Positions 9,721-20,449 of a stretch of 64,000 bases of DNA are shown in pieces; the stretch's first letter is position 1, and each line of letters starts with the position of its first letter. The stretch is from Amphiscolops sp. MND2022 (lineage: Eukaryota): contig OZ076409.1 of NCBI GenBank assembly GCA_964187785.1, positions 59,956,001-60,020,000 of the forward strand, given 5' to 3'. The translations under genes and the position numbers were made by a program. The notes under the pieces were generated by a model. That model searched no databases, had not been told where the DNA came from, and was given only the letters and a program-made list of their open reading frames with translations.

Positions 9721-12700
9721 TCCAGTTGATATCGGGAGACCTCGGAAGCCTCGGTCGGTATTGCTGTTTCCGACGGCATTGTTGTTGTAGTTTCTTTCTT
9801 CCTCGTTCTTGCCTTCGCTCTGACCAGCCTTTTTCGCGTTTTGGGTGGTCTCCCCCTCCCTCTTTTGAAAGAAGGAGCGGTCCCCGCTCCGGGCAATGTT
9901 GTGGGAAGAGTAGGGACATTGGACTGAGCGTCGTCATCCTCAGTGGCGGATTTCAGAGGAAGGGAAGGAGCGGCCGGCCAAATGGGATAGTTATTGAGGA
10001 AACTCGTCAGTGATGGATTTGTCAGTAGTGGGGCCGATGTTCCCAGTAAGGAGGGCTGTTTTTCGGGAGAGGATATTCGTGGTGACGGAGAGCGCGCGCG
10101 CTCATGGTCGGAGAATAGTTGAGGCAGATGATGGGCAGGTGATATTGATTGGTCTGAAGGGAGTTGGGGTTCGGGCTCCCTGCGATCAGCATCAACGGGA
10201 TCAGGAGGTACCGGTAGCATGATTTCGGACAACTCGTCGTCAGTGCCCGAAGTTGAGTAGTCGAATTGCTGGTAGTGCATGCGGGAACCTCCAGCACGTA
10301 ACTTTGTGCGCAGACGGGTATCCATCCAATGTTGCTTGCGCGAAGGCAAGGATACGTCAGATGCTTCTGAAAGTAGTTGTTCAGTTTTATATGAAGGCTG
10401 GGACTTATCGTCGTCAACTGCTTCAACAGAACGTTCAGGGTCAGGGTCCATGAGTACCACTATTTCGCCGCTGTCTGCTTGCGCGGTGGCGAGCTCAAGC
10501 TGCCCACTATTATGAGGTTTCAGGCGCTTAAAATGAACCTTTTGGCCTGTGTCCAATACGTAGACACGTCCTTCTTGAAAGACTTGTACTATTTTGTGCG
10601 GGCCACGCCAGGCGCGCATCAGTTTGGGAGAGCCTTTTTGCGGCACATAGCGGCAAAAAACCCAGACAAGCTCTCCCGGCTGGTAAGCTCGTGCTCGGAT
10701 AGCACGATCATATTTCAGTTTTTGGCGCGATTGGGCTTGGTGCGTGTTGCGCCGGACCAAGTCGTGAATTTCTTGTTGGCGAGCCAACACATGATCCACG
10801 TATGCTTCATGCGTATCGAAGGACTTGGCTGCAAATTCAGGGTATAAAAAGGTGAGGGGAATTGCTTTCTCAACACCCCTTGTTAACATATAGGGCGAGA
10901 AGCCTGTAGTGGCGTGCCTGGTGGAATTATAGGCATCGATTACTTCATCTAAGCACTGGTCCCAGTCGCGCATGCGACGTGAGCAAAAGACTCGCAACAA
11001 GGTTAAGAGGGTGCGGTTTTGCCGTTCCACCAAGCCTTGAGTTCGTGGATGTCCGGCAGTCGAGGTCACCTTAGTGACGTGAGCTGCCTTTAGAAACTCA
11101 TTAGAGACTTCAGCAGTAAGGTTGGGGGCATTGTCTGATTGCATGCGAGTGGGGGTGCCGTGGCGGGCAAACCATTTCTGCAGCAGCAATCGTGAGGTGG
11201 TCACTGCGTCATAGTCATGATGACTACAAGGGACTGCCTCTGCAAATTTAGAGAAATGGTCGATGATGACCAAAATGCCAGTGTTGTTGTTATCAGAGGG
11301 GCAGATTTTTAAGTGGTCATATTGGACCAGCTCGTTGAAGTAGCCACTCTGAATGTTTTTCAATTGGAATCGTACGTCACCAGGCTTGTCACGTATTTGT
11401 TGGCAGGTGAGGCATTGGCCGACGTATCGACCGACACTGCGCCGTATGCCGGGCCAAGTGTGGCGCTCTTGAATTCGAGCTACCACTTTTGAGATACCTT
11501 GGTGTCCCATTGCGTCGTGCGCGCGGAACAGAATCTCGTGCTGGTACAGTTGAGGCATTATGATCATGCACGGACGTTCGTGCATTGGGCGTTGGGTGGG
11601 GGAGTATTGCACGCAAAGGACATCATTCTTGTTTATGAAGAAGAGATCCTTTTTCTGGCGGAAGTAATTACGTGCGAACTCACGCACGTTCTCGGGAAAC
11701 ACATCGTTATCTAGGGATTCACACTGCACGAGCTTTTTCAGCGCTAGCACATGGACATCGCGGTTTTGGGCTAAAACCGAGTCCTTGATCCCATGCAGTG
11801 TAAGTGTGTGTTCATGGAGCTCGGTGTCGATGTCCTTGAGGGCCATGATCGACTCGCGCACGCCACCAGGAGAGTTCTGTAGCATGGCGTTACTCGTTCC
11901 CGTCACAGAATAGATGGTGCGCGAGGGGACATTTACTGCATGTGTTGGCAGCAGGTAATCCTCGCTGGCCTCAGTGGTGACGTCTATCCAGTCTTCAGGA
12001 TAGTCTGGATAGAAGTCCTCGTGCTTCTGTAGCACGGGTGGAGGCTGAGGCGGTAAAAGCGCGGCTAGCGCCTTCGCCTGTCGTTTTCGCTTGTTCGCTC
12101 GTTGCACACGGCGAAGCACACGGAGTGCCTGGTCAGGAGCCTTAGGCTCCAAGTTCTGCAGATGCGGTGGTAGGTCAGGATGATTTGGAATGATTCGACC
12201 TTGCAGGTCGAACCATGGGGCTATGGGGAGGTTGTCGAATTCCTCGGCCGAGAGGAAGTTCCAACGCTCTCCAGTAGCTGCCAGCTGCGCAAGCTGCTGT
12301 TCTCGGCATTGATAATCGTTGGTTCGTTTGCTCAAGCCATCAGCATTGCGGTGTTGCGTTCGTGGTCTGTGTTCCACGCGAAAGTGATACCTGTCCAGTG
12401 TCATAATCCAACGTCCAATCAATGCTTGGTCCGTGGAGTAGGTTTTCAACCAAGATAGGGCTTGGTTGTCGACTCTCAGGGTGAACTTTCGGGGAAAAAG
12501 GTAGCTGTGGTACTTGAGGATGAAGTAGTAGGCAGCAAACATCTCCAGCTTGGGTGCCCCATATTTGGCTTGGGTGGTGGTCAGTTTTTTGCTGCCGTAT
12601 ATGATCGGTGGTAGGCGTCGCTCTCCTGGAGCTCCTTGCCACTGGTGTAGGATACCGGAAATGGCAACGGCGCTGGCATCGGTGTCCAGCACAAACTCTC

Positions 12701-15700
12701 CTTCGGAATCAGGCTGCGCGAGCGCAGTCGCCTCGATCAATGCTGTCTTGATTTCGTTGAAGGCTTTTTGTTGGTCAGGACCCCATGCAAATGTGGCATT
12801 CAGTCCCGTAACGGCGTGGAGGGGCGCCACCAGCTTGGCATGCCACGGGATGAATTCACGATAATAATTAGCGAATCCCAGGAAACTTTGCATTTCAGTT
12901 TTGTTGCGTGGGATGTCCCAATCGCGCAGTTTGGCAACAGCTTTCGGGTCCGGTTTGACACCTTCTGCTGAGACCACGCGTCCCAGATATTTGATTTCTG
13001 GTTTCATGAAGTCGAATTTGGCTACGCGCATCTTGAAGCCAGCTTCGCGGAGGCATTCAAAAACCTCGCGCAAACGCGCCATGTGATCTTCCACAGTCTC
13101 AGTTGCTACAACTATGTCGTCGATGTATGCCATGACCATACTGCCTTTGCGATTGACTATTTTTTGCAGCGCTCGCGCTATTGCTCGCTGGAAGGTGGCT
13201 GATGCATTGCACAAGCCAAATGGCATTCTTCGCCATTCACAGAGTCCCAACTCACAGGCAAAGGCTGTTTTGTGGCGGTCCGCCTTTCGCAAGGGAATTT
13301 GCCAGAAAGCCCAGGCAAGATCTATGCTGGTGTAGATCTTTGCATTGCCCAGTCGCGCCAGGCTTTCATCGATACGGGGCAGGGGGTAGGCATCCTTAAT
13401 GGTTACTTCATCCAGCGGTCGGAAGTCACAGCAAAAGCGTAACTCCCCGCTTTTCTTTTTTACCATTACGATACCACTTGCCCATGGGGACAGTGAAGGT
13501 TGTATCATCCCTAAGGCCAATAAGCTCCGAACCTCCTGGTTGGCTCGTTCAGCCTTTTCGGGGGACATTCTCCGAGCACCTTCACGGTGCGGTACAGCCT
13601 CAGGCTCTACCTCTATGGTGTGTTTAGCAATGGTACAGCGGCCAATATCCGCCTTGCGTTTCATGAATAGGTCATCAAACTCGTTAAGAATGTTGTCTAA
13701 GGACTCGCAGGCGCTAGCGCCCCAGAGTTTCTTGACTTCTTGCAATTGAGAATCGGGCCCAGGGATCGGGGCCAATAGGTCGGGATCGGTGCGCTTGCGA
13801 ATCTCGCGCTCCGAAAGCCCCGCTTCACTTGGATCCGTAGAAGACAAAAACTCAAATTCAGATGAAGAAGTTAACTCAGAAGCAGTGGATAGATTCATTT
13901 CACTGTATACTTTATAAACAAAATTTGCTCGACTGTTGTCGGCTTCAGTTTTGTGGTCAGCTTCCACAGTAGCATCCAGCTTTTGGGGCACAGCCTGGTA
14001 TACTAGAGACACAGGCACTACCGTGCCTAGGTGGGCACCACATCGTACACGCTGCTGGTTGCTGGTGAGGTTTACCAGGCTCACATACAGTGTTCCTGTC
14101 TCACTGACAGTGGCCACGCTGTCCTCTAAAAAGATGGTATTTTGCAATGAGGGATCAGACAACGAGGCGTTAAGCGCAACGGTCTGGAAGATTAATGGTT
14201 CAAGCGCGTTGGTGACAAGTTTGGCCTTTGCCACTGTACGCTCGAAAGGCTGTACGACTAGGTCACTGTCCAGGGTAATGGGGGTAGTTAACGAAGCGTC
14301 ACCTACCTGGGTGTGTGCATGATGCCAGACGGGCTTCACCGGTGCTCGCACCACTATCTTCATGGAGGTTAGATCTACCAAGACTTGGTAGGAACGGAGG
14401 AAGTTTCGACCCAACAGAAAGTCCTCCACGCCCATTGCGTCATCTACCACGACGAAATTGGTTTCGAGTTCATACCCTCCCAACTGGAAGCGTATCTGCT
14501 CAGCCAACCCGAAAGTCTTTATTGTCTTCCCATTGGCAGCGTACAAATCAATTTGATAGGGTTTCAGGACCGCTCCGGTCCGTGCAGCTACCCGGTTGAA
14601 GGCGGAGAAGGTTAGTATGGATACTCCGGAACCAGTGTCCACCAGGCCTCGCAGTGGGGTAGGTGCCGCATGAGGCACCACAAAGGAGACAACGAGCGAC
14701 GCACGCTCATCTATTCGCGCTTCCCCGGTGGGTTCTTGGTGGTTGAGATTATAGCATTTCAGCTCTTGAGGTCCCAAGCATAAGCCGGGTGGGAATACAT
14801 CTACCACCACACAGGCCTCGAACTTCACGTCCACGCCGTCCATCGTTGCACAGACTGGTACTGGCGAGTACGTAGTCAGGATCTCCGACTCTCCAGGGAC
14901 GTGCCACTGTTTTGGGCGGGGCAATTCCATCCGGTTATAGAGGACAGATAGCTCAACCCAGAGTTTCGCCAAGGTTAACGTTGGTCTACGCACCTGCTCG
15001 GCTGCCAGCATAAGATGAATCGAGATCAACGTTCTCCCTTGTGGATCGAACGTTGTAGGCTCCAAGCACGTCTGAATCTGCTTTGCCCCACATGTAACTA
15101 TCAGTGGGGCGTGAAACGCTGGGTGCTCCGCTGGGTGTAGCATTAATACGCGATCATCTTCCAGGGGTACCGTGTGGGCGGCCACACCAGCGGATTCCAC
15201 TTCAGCCCATCGATTGTAGGCCAATTCATCATTAGGCCTCGGAGCTTGAGAATGCTCACTACAGGGGACATCCACATGGTCATAGACTCCACAGTGCGCA
15301 CACTGATGAATGCCTGGATAGCTCTCCAACACGCCATCAGTTACGTCTTCAGCAGTGACTTTCACGCCTTCTGGTTCAGGAGCTGCCACTGGTTTGCGAG
15401 CTTGATCGCGGGTGGGACAGTCCCGGGCAAAATGCCCAGCTTGACCGCAATTATAGCACGCGCCAACGGGTAGGCGTGCCGCAGGCTGCACTGCTGCTTG
15501 ATTGGGGGGAGCATTACTCGCAGGTGGGGGAGGCATTACTCCTTGTGGTAACACCATTTTGTTGGGGGGTAGTGGCGCGAAGGGATGAGGTCGAGACCTC
15601 ATTGCTAGTCTGGGGTCATAGGGTTGAGGGAATTGGTTAGGTTTTGGACGGTTGCGCTGCAATTGGCGGGTGGTGAAGCGGAGGGATTCCACAGTAGGTG

Positions 15701-15923
15701 GCTCGGTCAGGAAGACTTCCGAGGCATACACTATGGCCAGCTCCCGCCTCAGCGCTGGGTCTCGTACACCTTCCATGAAGCGCTGGAGGATTTCATAGCG
15801 CTTAGTGGTGATTGCCTCTTGTGGGAATCCTTGACTCCGAAGACCCTCTAGAGCGTCTAAGTACTGCATCCAGTCTTCTTTCTCTTGTTGAATGCGGCTC
15901 TGGAAAGCTTGTCGCACTTGCAT
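9657..15923 (-). CDS. pol: Largest open segment of gag-pol (2,088 aa): capsid C-terminus, zinc knuckle, PR, RT, RNase H, integrase
   Basis: Canonical Ty3/Gypsy motifs in the order PR-RT-RH-INT. Confidence 0.95.
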   Translation of the reverse strand: MQVRQAFQSRIQQEKEDWMQYLDALEGLRSQGFPQEAITTKRYEILQRFMEGVRDPALRRELAIVYASEVFLTEPPTVESLRFTTRQLQRNRPKPNQFPQPYDPRLAMRSRPHPFAPLPPNKMVLPQGVMPPPPASNAPPNQAAVQPAARLPVGACYNCGQAGHFARDCPTRDQARKPVAAPEPEGVKVTAEDVTDGVLESYPGIHQCAHCGVYDHVDVPCSEHSQAPRPNDELAYNRWAEVESAGVAAHTVPLEDDRVLMLHPAEHPAFHAPLIVTCGAKQIQTCLEPTTFDPQGRTLISIHLMLAAEQVRRPTLTLAKLWVELSVLYNRMELPRPKQWHVPGESEILTTYSPVPVCATMDGVDVKFEACVVVDVFPPGLCLGPQELKCYNLNHQEPTGEARIDERASLVVSFVVPHAAPTPLRGLVDTGSGVSILTFSAFNRVAARTGAVLKPYQIDLYAANGKTIKTFGLAEQIRFQLGGYELETNFVVVDDAMGVEDFLLGRNFLRSYQVLVDLTSMKIVVRAPVKPVWHHAHTQVGDASLTTPITLDSDLVVQPFERTVAKAKLVTNALEPLIFQTVALNASLSDPSLQNTIFLEDSVATVSETGTLYVSLVNLTSNQQRVRCGAHLGTVVPVSLVYQAVPQKLDATVEADHKTEADNSRANFVYKVYSEMNLSTASELTSSSEFEFLSSTDPSEAGLSEREIRKRTDPDLLAPIPGPDSQLQEVKKLWGASACESLDNILNEFDDLFMKRKADIGRCTIAKHTIEVEPEAVPHREGARRMSPEKAERANQEVRSLLALGMIQPSLSPWASGIVMVKKKSGELRFCCDFRPLDEVTIKDAYPLPRIDESLARLGNAKIYTSIDLAWAFWQIPLRKADRHKTAFACELGLCEWRRMPFGLCNASATFQRAIARALQKIVNRKGSMVMAYIDDIVVATETVEDHMARLREVFECLREAGFKMRVAKFDFMKPEIKYLGRVVSAEGVKPDPKAVAKLRDWDIPRNKTEMQSFLGFANYYREFIPWHAKLVAPLHAVTGLNATFAWGPDQQKAFNEIKTALIEATALAQPDSEGEFVLDTDASAVAISGILHQWQGAPGERRLPPIIYGSKKLTTTQAKYGAPKLEMFAAYYFILKYHSYLFPRKFTLRVDNQALSWLKTYSTDQALIGRWIMTLDRYHFRVEHRPRTQHRNADGLSKRTNDYQCREQQLAQLAATGERWNFLSAEEFDNLPIAPWFDLQGRIIPNHPDLPPHLQNLEPKAPDQALRVLRRVQRANKRKRQAKALAALLPPQPPPVLQKHEDFYPDYPEDWIDVTTEASEDYLLPTHAVNVPSRTIYSVTGTSNAMLQNSPGGVRESIMALKDIDTELHEHTLTLHGIKDSVLAQNRDVHVLALKKLVQCESLDNDVFPENVREFARNYFRQKKDLFFINKNDVLCVQYSPTQRPMHERPCMIIMPQLYQHEILFRAHDAMGHQGISKVVARIQERHTWPGIRRSVGRYVGQCLTCQQIRDKPGDVRFQLKNIQSGYFNELVQYDHLKICPSDNNNTGILVIIDHFSKFAEAVPCSHHDYDAVTTSRLLLQKWFARHGTPTRMQSDNAPNLTAEVSNEFLKAAHVTKVTSTAGHPRTQGLVERQNRTLLTLLRVFCSRRMRDWDQCLDEVIDAYNSTRHATTGFSPYMLTRGVEKAIPLTFLYPEFAAKSFDTHEAYVDHVLARQQEIHDLVRRNTHQAQSRQKLKYDRAIRARAYQPGELVWVFCRYVPQKGSPKLMRAWRGPHKIVQVFQEGRVYVLDTGQKVHFKRLKPHNSGQLELATAQADSGEIVVLMDPDPERSVEAVDDDKSQPSYKTEQLLSEASDVSLPSRKQHWMDTRLRTKLRAGGSRMHYQQFDYSTSGTDDELSEIMLPVPPDPVDADRREPEPQLPSDQSISPAHHLPQLFSDHERARSPSPRISSPEKQPSLLGTSAPLLTNPSLTSFLNNYPIWPAAPSLPLKSATEDDDAQSNVPTLPTTLPGAGTAPSFKRGRGRPPKTRKRLVRAKARTRKKETTTTMPSETAIPTEASEVSRYQLEADGSHAISAGPVGCETVFAC

Positions 15924-18900
15924 ACGGTTTCATCCAGCGCCAAAGCGGCTGGATAACAATTCGAACACTTTCTCGGGGGTGTCACGTTCGGATTCCGCTT
16001 TGTTAATGATGTAGTTGCGGGCTTCACCTTCAAGGTGACCGATGATGCTCCAAGCCTGGTCCTCGGCTGAGACCTTGGTTTGTGTTCTCTTCAGGTATCT
16101 CTGCATAATAAGGATCCACCCATCAATGGATCCGTCTTTGGACCCGCGATATACATTGGGCCTCGCCTGAGCCAAGTCTCTGCCGGCGAGTAAGGGCGCT
16201 AACTCTTTTGACATCGCCTTTGATATGGCGGCCGTGAATCTCAGCTGCTCGGGGGATATGGCTTCTCTTTCATCGGCCTTGGCCTCCCCCTCGCGCGTCC
16301 TGTCATGACTACCAAGAGTGGCTTGTATCGACAGGTCGGCGATTTCGTCCTTTTTACGAGTGCTGCTAGCACAGGGAGTGCCCGAGGGCAGTCCATGATC
16401 GGCTGACAAGTCTGCGGTCAAGTATAGGGAATCTGGTCCTGACATCGAAATGGGGGCAGTTGCAAACGTTGCTCCCTCGGTTTGAGAGCCTAGGGTTGCT
16501 TTGGTGTTAGATAGGTCGACTTCAATCGAGGAATCAAGATAGGTGGTCGACATCGGGTCCACGCCTTGATCTCGAGTGGTACTCTGGATTGCAGAAGGCA
16601 TCGATGATTCTGCTGAGTCGTGATGTCCCCTCATCTGCACTCGCGCAGGCTTGCGCTCTGCTTCAGGCGTGGCTATCACCAAATTTCCGGCTACTCCTTC
16701 ATCTTTCCGGGGCGCAGGCACTGCCGGCCTGGAAGTGCTAGGCTTTAGCGCGCTCGGCAGTTCCGATTTCACTACCTGGCTCGGGCACGTCGGCTCCGAG
16801 ATACGGACTGGACCTCCATTCCGCACGCCTCCACTTGCACTGGGCTGCCGCGGGAGTGACTTCTCACGCCTCAAGACATCAATGGCATTGAGTACCGTGT
16901 GCATCTGATTGTTTAAGTCGTTGATCTGCGTTTCCACGCGCAGATCGCGAGCCATCAACCTGTCATTCATCTCTCCTATCCGGTGACCCAATGTGTCCAC
17001 TCGAGCTATTTGCACATTCTGCGCGGTGCGCAATTGATCACTGACCTGCAGGCCTTCACGCATCGTCGTCTGCATCACTTTAATGTTCTCTACGATGGCA
17101 AGGTGTTGCTCATTGCATTCAGCACGAGTGCTGGCCAGACCTGCTAGGGCCCGTTGGGTTTCGGCTTGGGCATCCAATAGTGCTGCCTTGTATACTGAAG
17201 ACCGTTGCGATGAGGCCAATGAGCCTGTCATACTCCTGACACGGGATACCTCTTGACGTGGCTCGCCTACCTGTAGTATAGGTGGTCGCACCTTCTTGTG
17301 CTTCCCGTAGGCACAGACCCGGGTAGGTCCTCGAGTGGTCCCGAGTCCCCGCTGTCGCGCGTAACTCATGCCTCCCACATAAGTGAGGTCCTGCTCCATG
17401 CCAGTTTGTGAGCCAAGTTGTCTTTTTCCAGCCGGGGGTGCGCGCGAGCACCCTTCCTCTGCCGCCAGTTCATCGGTCATATATTCGAATTAGGCCAGCC
17501 CTCTTCCACTTCATTAGCTCTATCGCGGCAGGTTTCGTCGACCCACTGCTCAGTTCGACGCGAATTTGCAGAAACACTGGAGTTCTCTGAGGGAGGAACC
17601 ATAGCGGCCAATTCCTCCTTTCGCTGTTGTTCGATAGTGACTTCGTCAGACATGTCGTCTGAAAAACGCGAACCCTCTATCGTGACCCATGATTGTGAAC
17701 CAGTATGGGACACCGCCATCGGTTCAGTGGCCAACGCGTTTATCAATAGCGATCAAGATACCGCTCACGATTACTCGGAAGACTCAAATTGGGTCGACGA
17801 ACGCACCAGGGTCTTCAATTCGAAGCTGATCCCTTGGTCGTCCCGGTGAGCACTTAAGAATTTTGATGGTATTCAACGTTCTAGATTTTTCGAAACACGT
17901 TCTAGAGCTCGTAGGCTGTTCAAATTTGCACAGCGTTTTTCCACAAGCACACTGGGCTAGAAAATCAACTTGGTTTGGGGCAAAAAGTCTCCAGTCACCC
18001 ACAGGAAGGATTTCAAGGAACTTTTGGATTTTTCAAAAATCGCACGACAACTCTCCAAAGGCTCGGGTGTGCACGGGAAGCGCCGTATCCAGCCCAAAAT
18101 TGACCAGCAGATCTTAGGTACACGTAGGTTTACGAAAATGAACACAGTTTTGAGCTGCGCCCCTTCTACACAGTTTCACCTAGGTACAGACGTGCGGTAC
18201 CACTATGTACCGAAATACAATGTTTTTCACGTCTTTTTCAAGATTGCGGTGCACGGGAAAGAGCTAGCAAGCTCAAATTCTCTGCAACGACGTAGGAACT
18301 AGCACAAGTTACGATGGTGGGTTGCAATGTAGCCCCAATATAGCCCCACCCGTCGGCTAAGGTGCCCGGGTTACTTGGAAAAATTAAGAAAAAAACTGCC
18401 TTTTTGGACACCTTTTTGGGCTCCACGTTTTTTCTATTTTCTCGACAAGTATCAGACAGATCGGCACCAAACTTGGTAGTCTATGCCAGCAGGCACTCAC
18501 AATGCCACTAAAATGGTCGAATTGAAGCGCGAGCGCTTATTTGAGTTTTCGACTCAATATGTACGTTGTACACGAAAAAACACTGTTTTTGACTACTTTT
18601 TTCACAATTTGACCAAGAGGATCACCTCAGGAAGTGATACGGCTGGCAAAATGGGACTAACGTGTTGCCCCACTATCCGGAGCACTGGGATAAACCCTCA
18701 ATTGGTCGTGCCCGTTAGGTATAAGGCACTGACAGTCCTGTAGTTTTGGAATTTTTCGGCTTTTATGTGCTTTTCTGAAGTCGAAACGTCAGAGAGCTTT
18801 TCTCGACTTTGGTGAGCGATACGCTCGCCAAATTTTCGGCACTAACGTTAACTTTTGTGGTGGTTACGAAAATGCAACCACTTTTTGGCTAGGGTTCAGG

Positions 18901-20416
18901 AATCGATGACCCGACCCTAGCTCGGAGACAGTCCGGTTTTGTGGAAAATTGACCAAATTCAGTGCGTTTTTCCACTTTTCTCAGCACTGAACAGGAATTT
19001 TTGCACGCGGTTTTCACCACAATGCGTTGTTTGTATTATAAAAACAGAAAATAGGAGCGCGCGGGCTCCCCGGTCTCGAAAACGCTGAGTGCCCCAGAGG
19101 TTTTAATGATGCACTCTGGCGCTCCTGAAACTGGCCAAAAATCAAGGTTTTTCAACTTTTCTCAACGTTGAAAAGGAATTTTTGCATGCGGTTTTCACCA
19201 CAATGCGTCGTTTTTGCTGCTACAATCGAAAATGAGAGCGCTCGAGCCCGCTCTTTTCGAATTAGCTTTGCTCTGGGTGTTTTTGGTTAATGCACTTTCT
19301 CTACTCGGAAATGCCAAAAATCACAAGTTTTTCGCACTGTATCAGCCCCAGGCTGCCTGAGTCCGCTACAAAAGTTGCAATTAGTATCCTGAGGGTCAAC
19401 TACACTTGGGATAGTGCCGTACACTGTCATTTTACACTTCCACACTCGTGTCAGTCACATTTTGGGTGCCTTTTTGGCCAAATTTCCACTTTTTTCACAT
19501 TTTTCGGCATCAAATTGGCACTTTTATCACAATCAAAGGCTTCAACTTCGCCTTTCGTGCCTCGTGCCGGCTTTCTCGAGCCTGGAAGCTGCTTTTCAAA
19601 ACTTTCCACCACACTTTCCTGGCTTCTGTGAGCACTAGTGCTCGAAACCAAGAAAAACACCAAAAAAAACACAAAAATGAGGTTTTTTTCCCAAGTGCTA
19701 TCTTTTTCGCAGAAAAGCACTTCGTTGGGTGTCGTTACATTTATAGTAGAACGTCACTGACCTACACCATCGATTCTCCATCGAAAGAGGTGTATTTTCA
19801 AAATTTTCGCCAACCATACTCCATCTGAGCGACTCATCTGGTCCTAGGGGGTGCATCTTCACCACGTTATTTCTCCACTTCTAGACCAGATAGAAACACG
19901 CGGATGGAACCATTAGCACCGTCTGTCGTTGTACTTGCTGTCCACCAAAAACCATGCCTCTAGGACGTCTCCACGAGAAATGGGAATAGGAAGTAGGCAA
20001 CACAATATTTGTCCCCTCCTTCGCCTCGCTGGAGCATGGTCAACCATCCATCCGTTACCCTCTTGCATGGCATAAAATGGCTGAAAATAGCTCAAAAAAC
20101 CTGTTAGACACCCGTAGCCACGTGCTACGGTCCTCTACACCTGCAAAAAGGTACCCGCTGATGGGTACACAACACATCACACATAAAGAGCGATTTCCTT
20201 CTAAAATGCCCAAAAATACCATTTTCGCACCTGAAAGCACGCTTTCTTCGGCATTTTCTCTGGTTCAACGCCTCTCCCAGTTCCAGTAAGACGTAATACG
20301 ACTAAAAAGAGGTAAAACTCTGCTCTTCTCTCCTGTCCAGAGTCGAAAACGGGCTTGGCGCTGAACACCAGGGGGCCAGATCTTTTAAAAACCGCTAGGG
20401 AAAGCTTCCCAAGACG

Positions 20417-20434
20417 ATCCCTCTGTGGTCGCCA
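20417..20434 (-). promoter_or_regulatory. Primer-binding site TGGCGACCACAGAGGGAT (tRNA-Arg-like), 15 nt downstream of 5' LTR
   Basis: Starts with TGG (complement of tRNA CCA) and resembles the 3' end of tRNA-Arg(TCG); conserved at 48818-48835. Confidence 0.75.
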
Positions 20435-20449
20435 AAAAATGAGTTTCTT

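Larger units (their letters stand above)
8362..17719 (-). pseudogene. Gag-Pol polyprotein (~3,100 codons reconstructed) with two frameshifts (~17483, ~9722) and one in-frame TGA (15930-15932)
   Basis: Capsid motif FQSRIQQEKE..QYL, CCHC knuckle CYNCGQAGHFARDC (~15418-15459), protease LVDTGS (~14635), RT YIDD (13116-13127), RNase H DAS/E/DNQAL/NADGLS, integrase HHCC + DDE + GPY/F (WRGPHKI). Confidence 0.93.

Noticed and set aside
15924..15932. In-frame TGA in gag-pol as programmed readthrough or selenocysteine
   Set aside because: It lies inside the capsid region (FGAG*NRMQVRQAF), not at a gag/pol boundary, and lacks a typical readthrough context; a GGA->TGA mutation is simpler
17477..17480. 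ATGA stop/start overlap suggesting termination-reinitiation
   Set aside because: Restoring one base gives a continuous frame (..NSEYMTDEL..), matching the other single-base lesions in this copy
4012..17849. Numerous plus-strand ORFs of 60-145 aa
   Set aside because: Antisense shadows of the GC-richer retroelement coding strand
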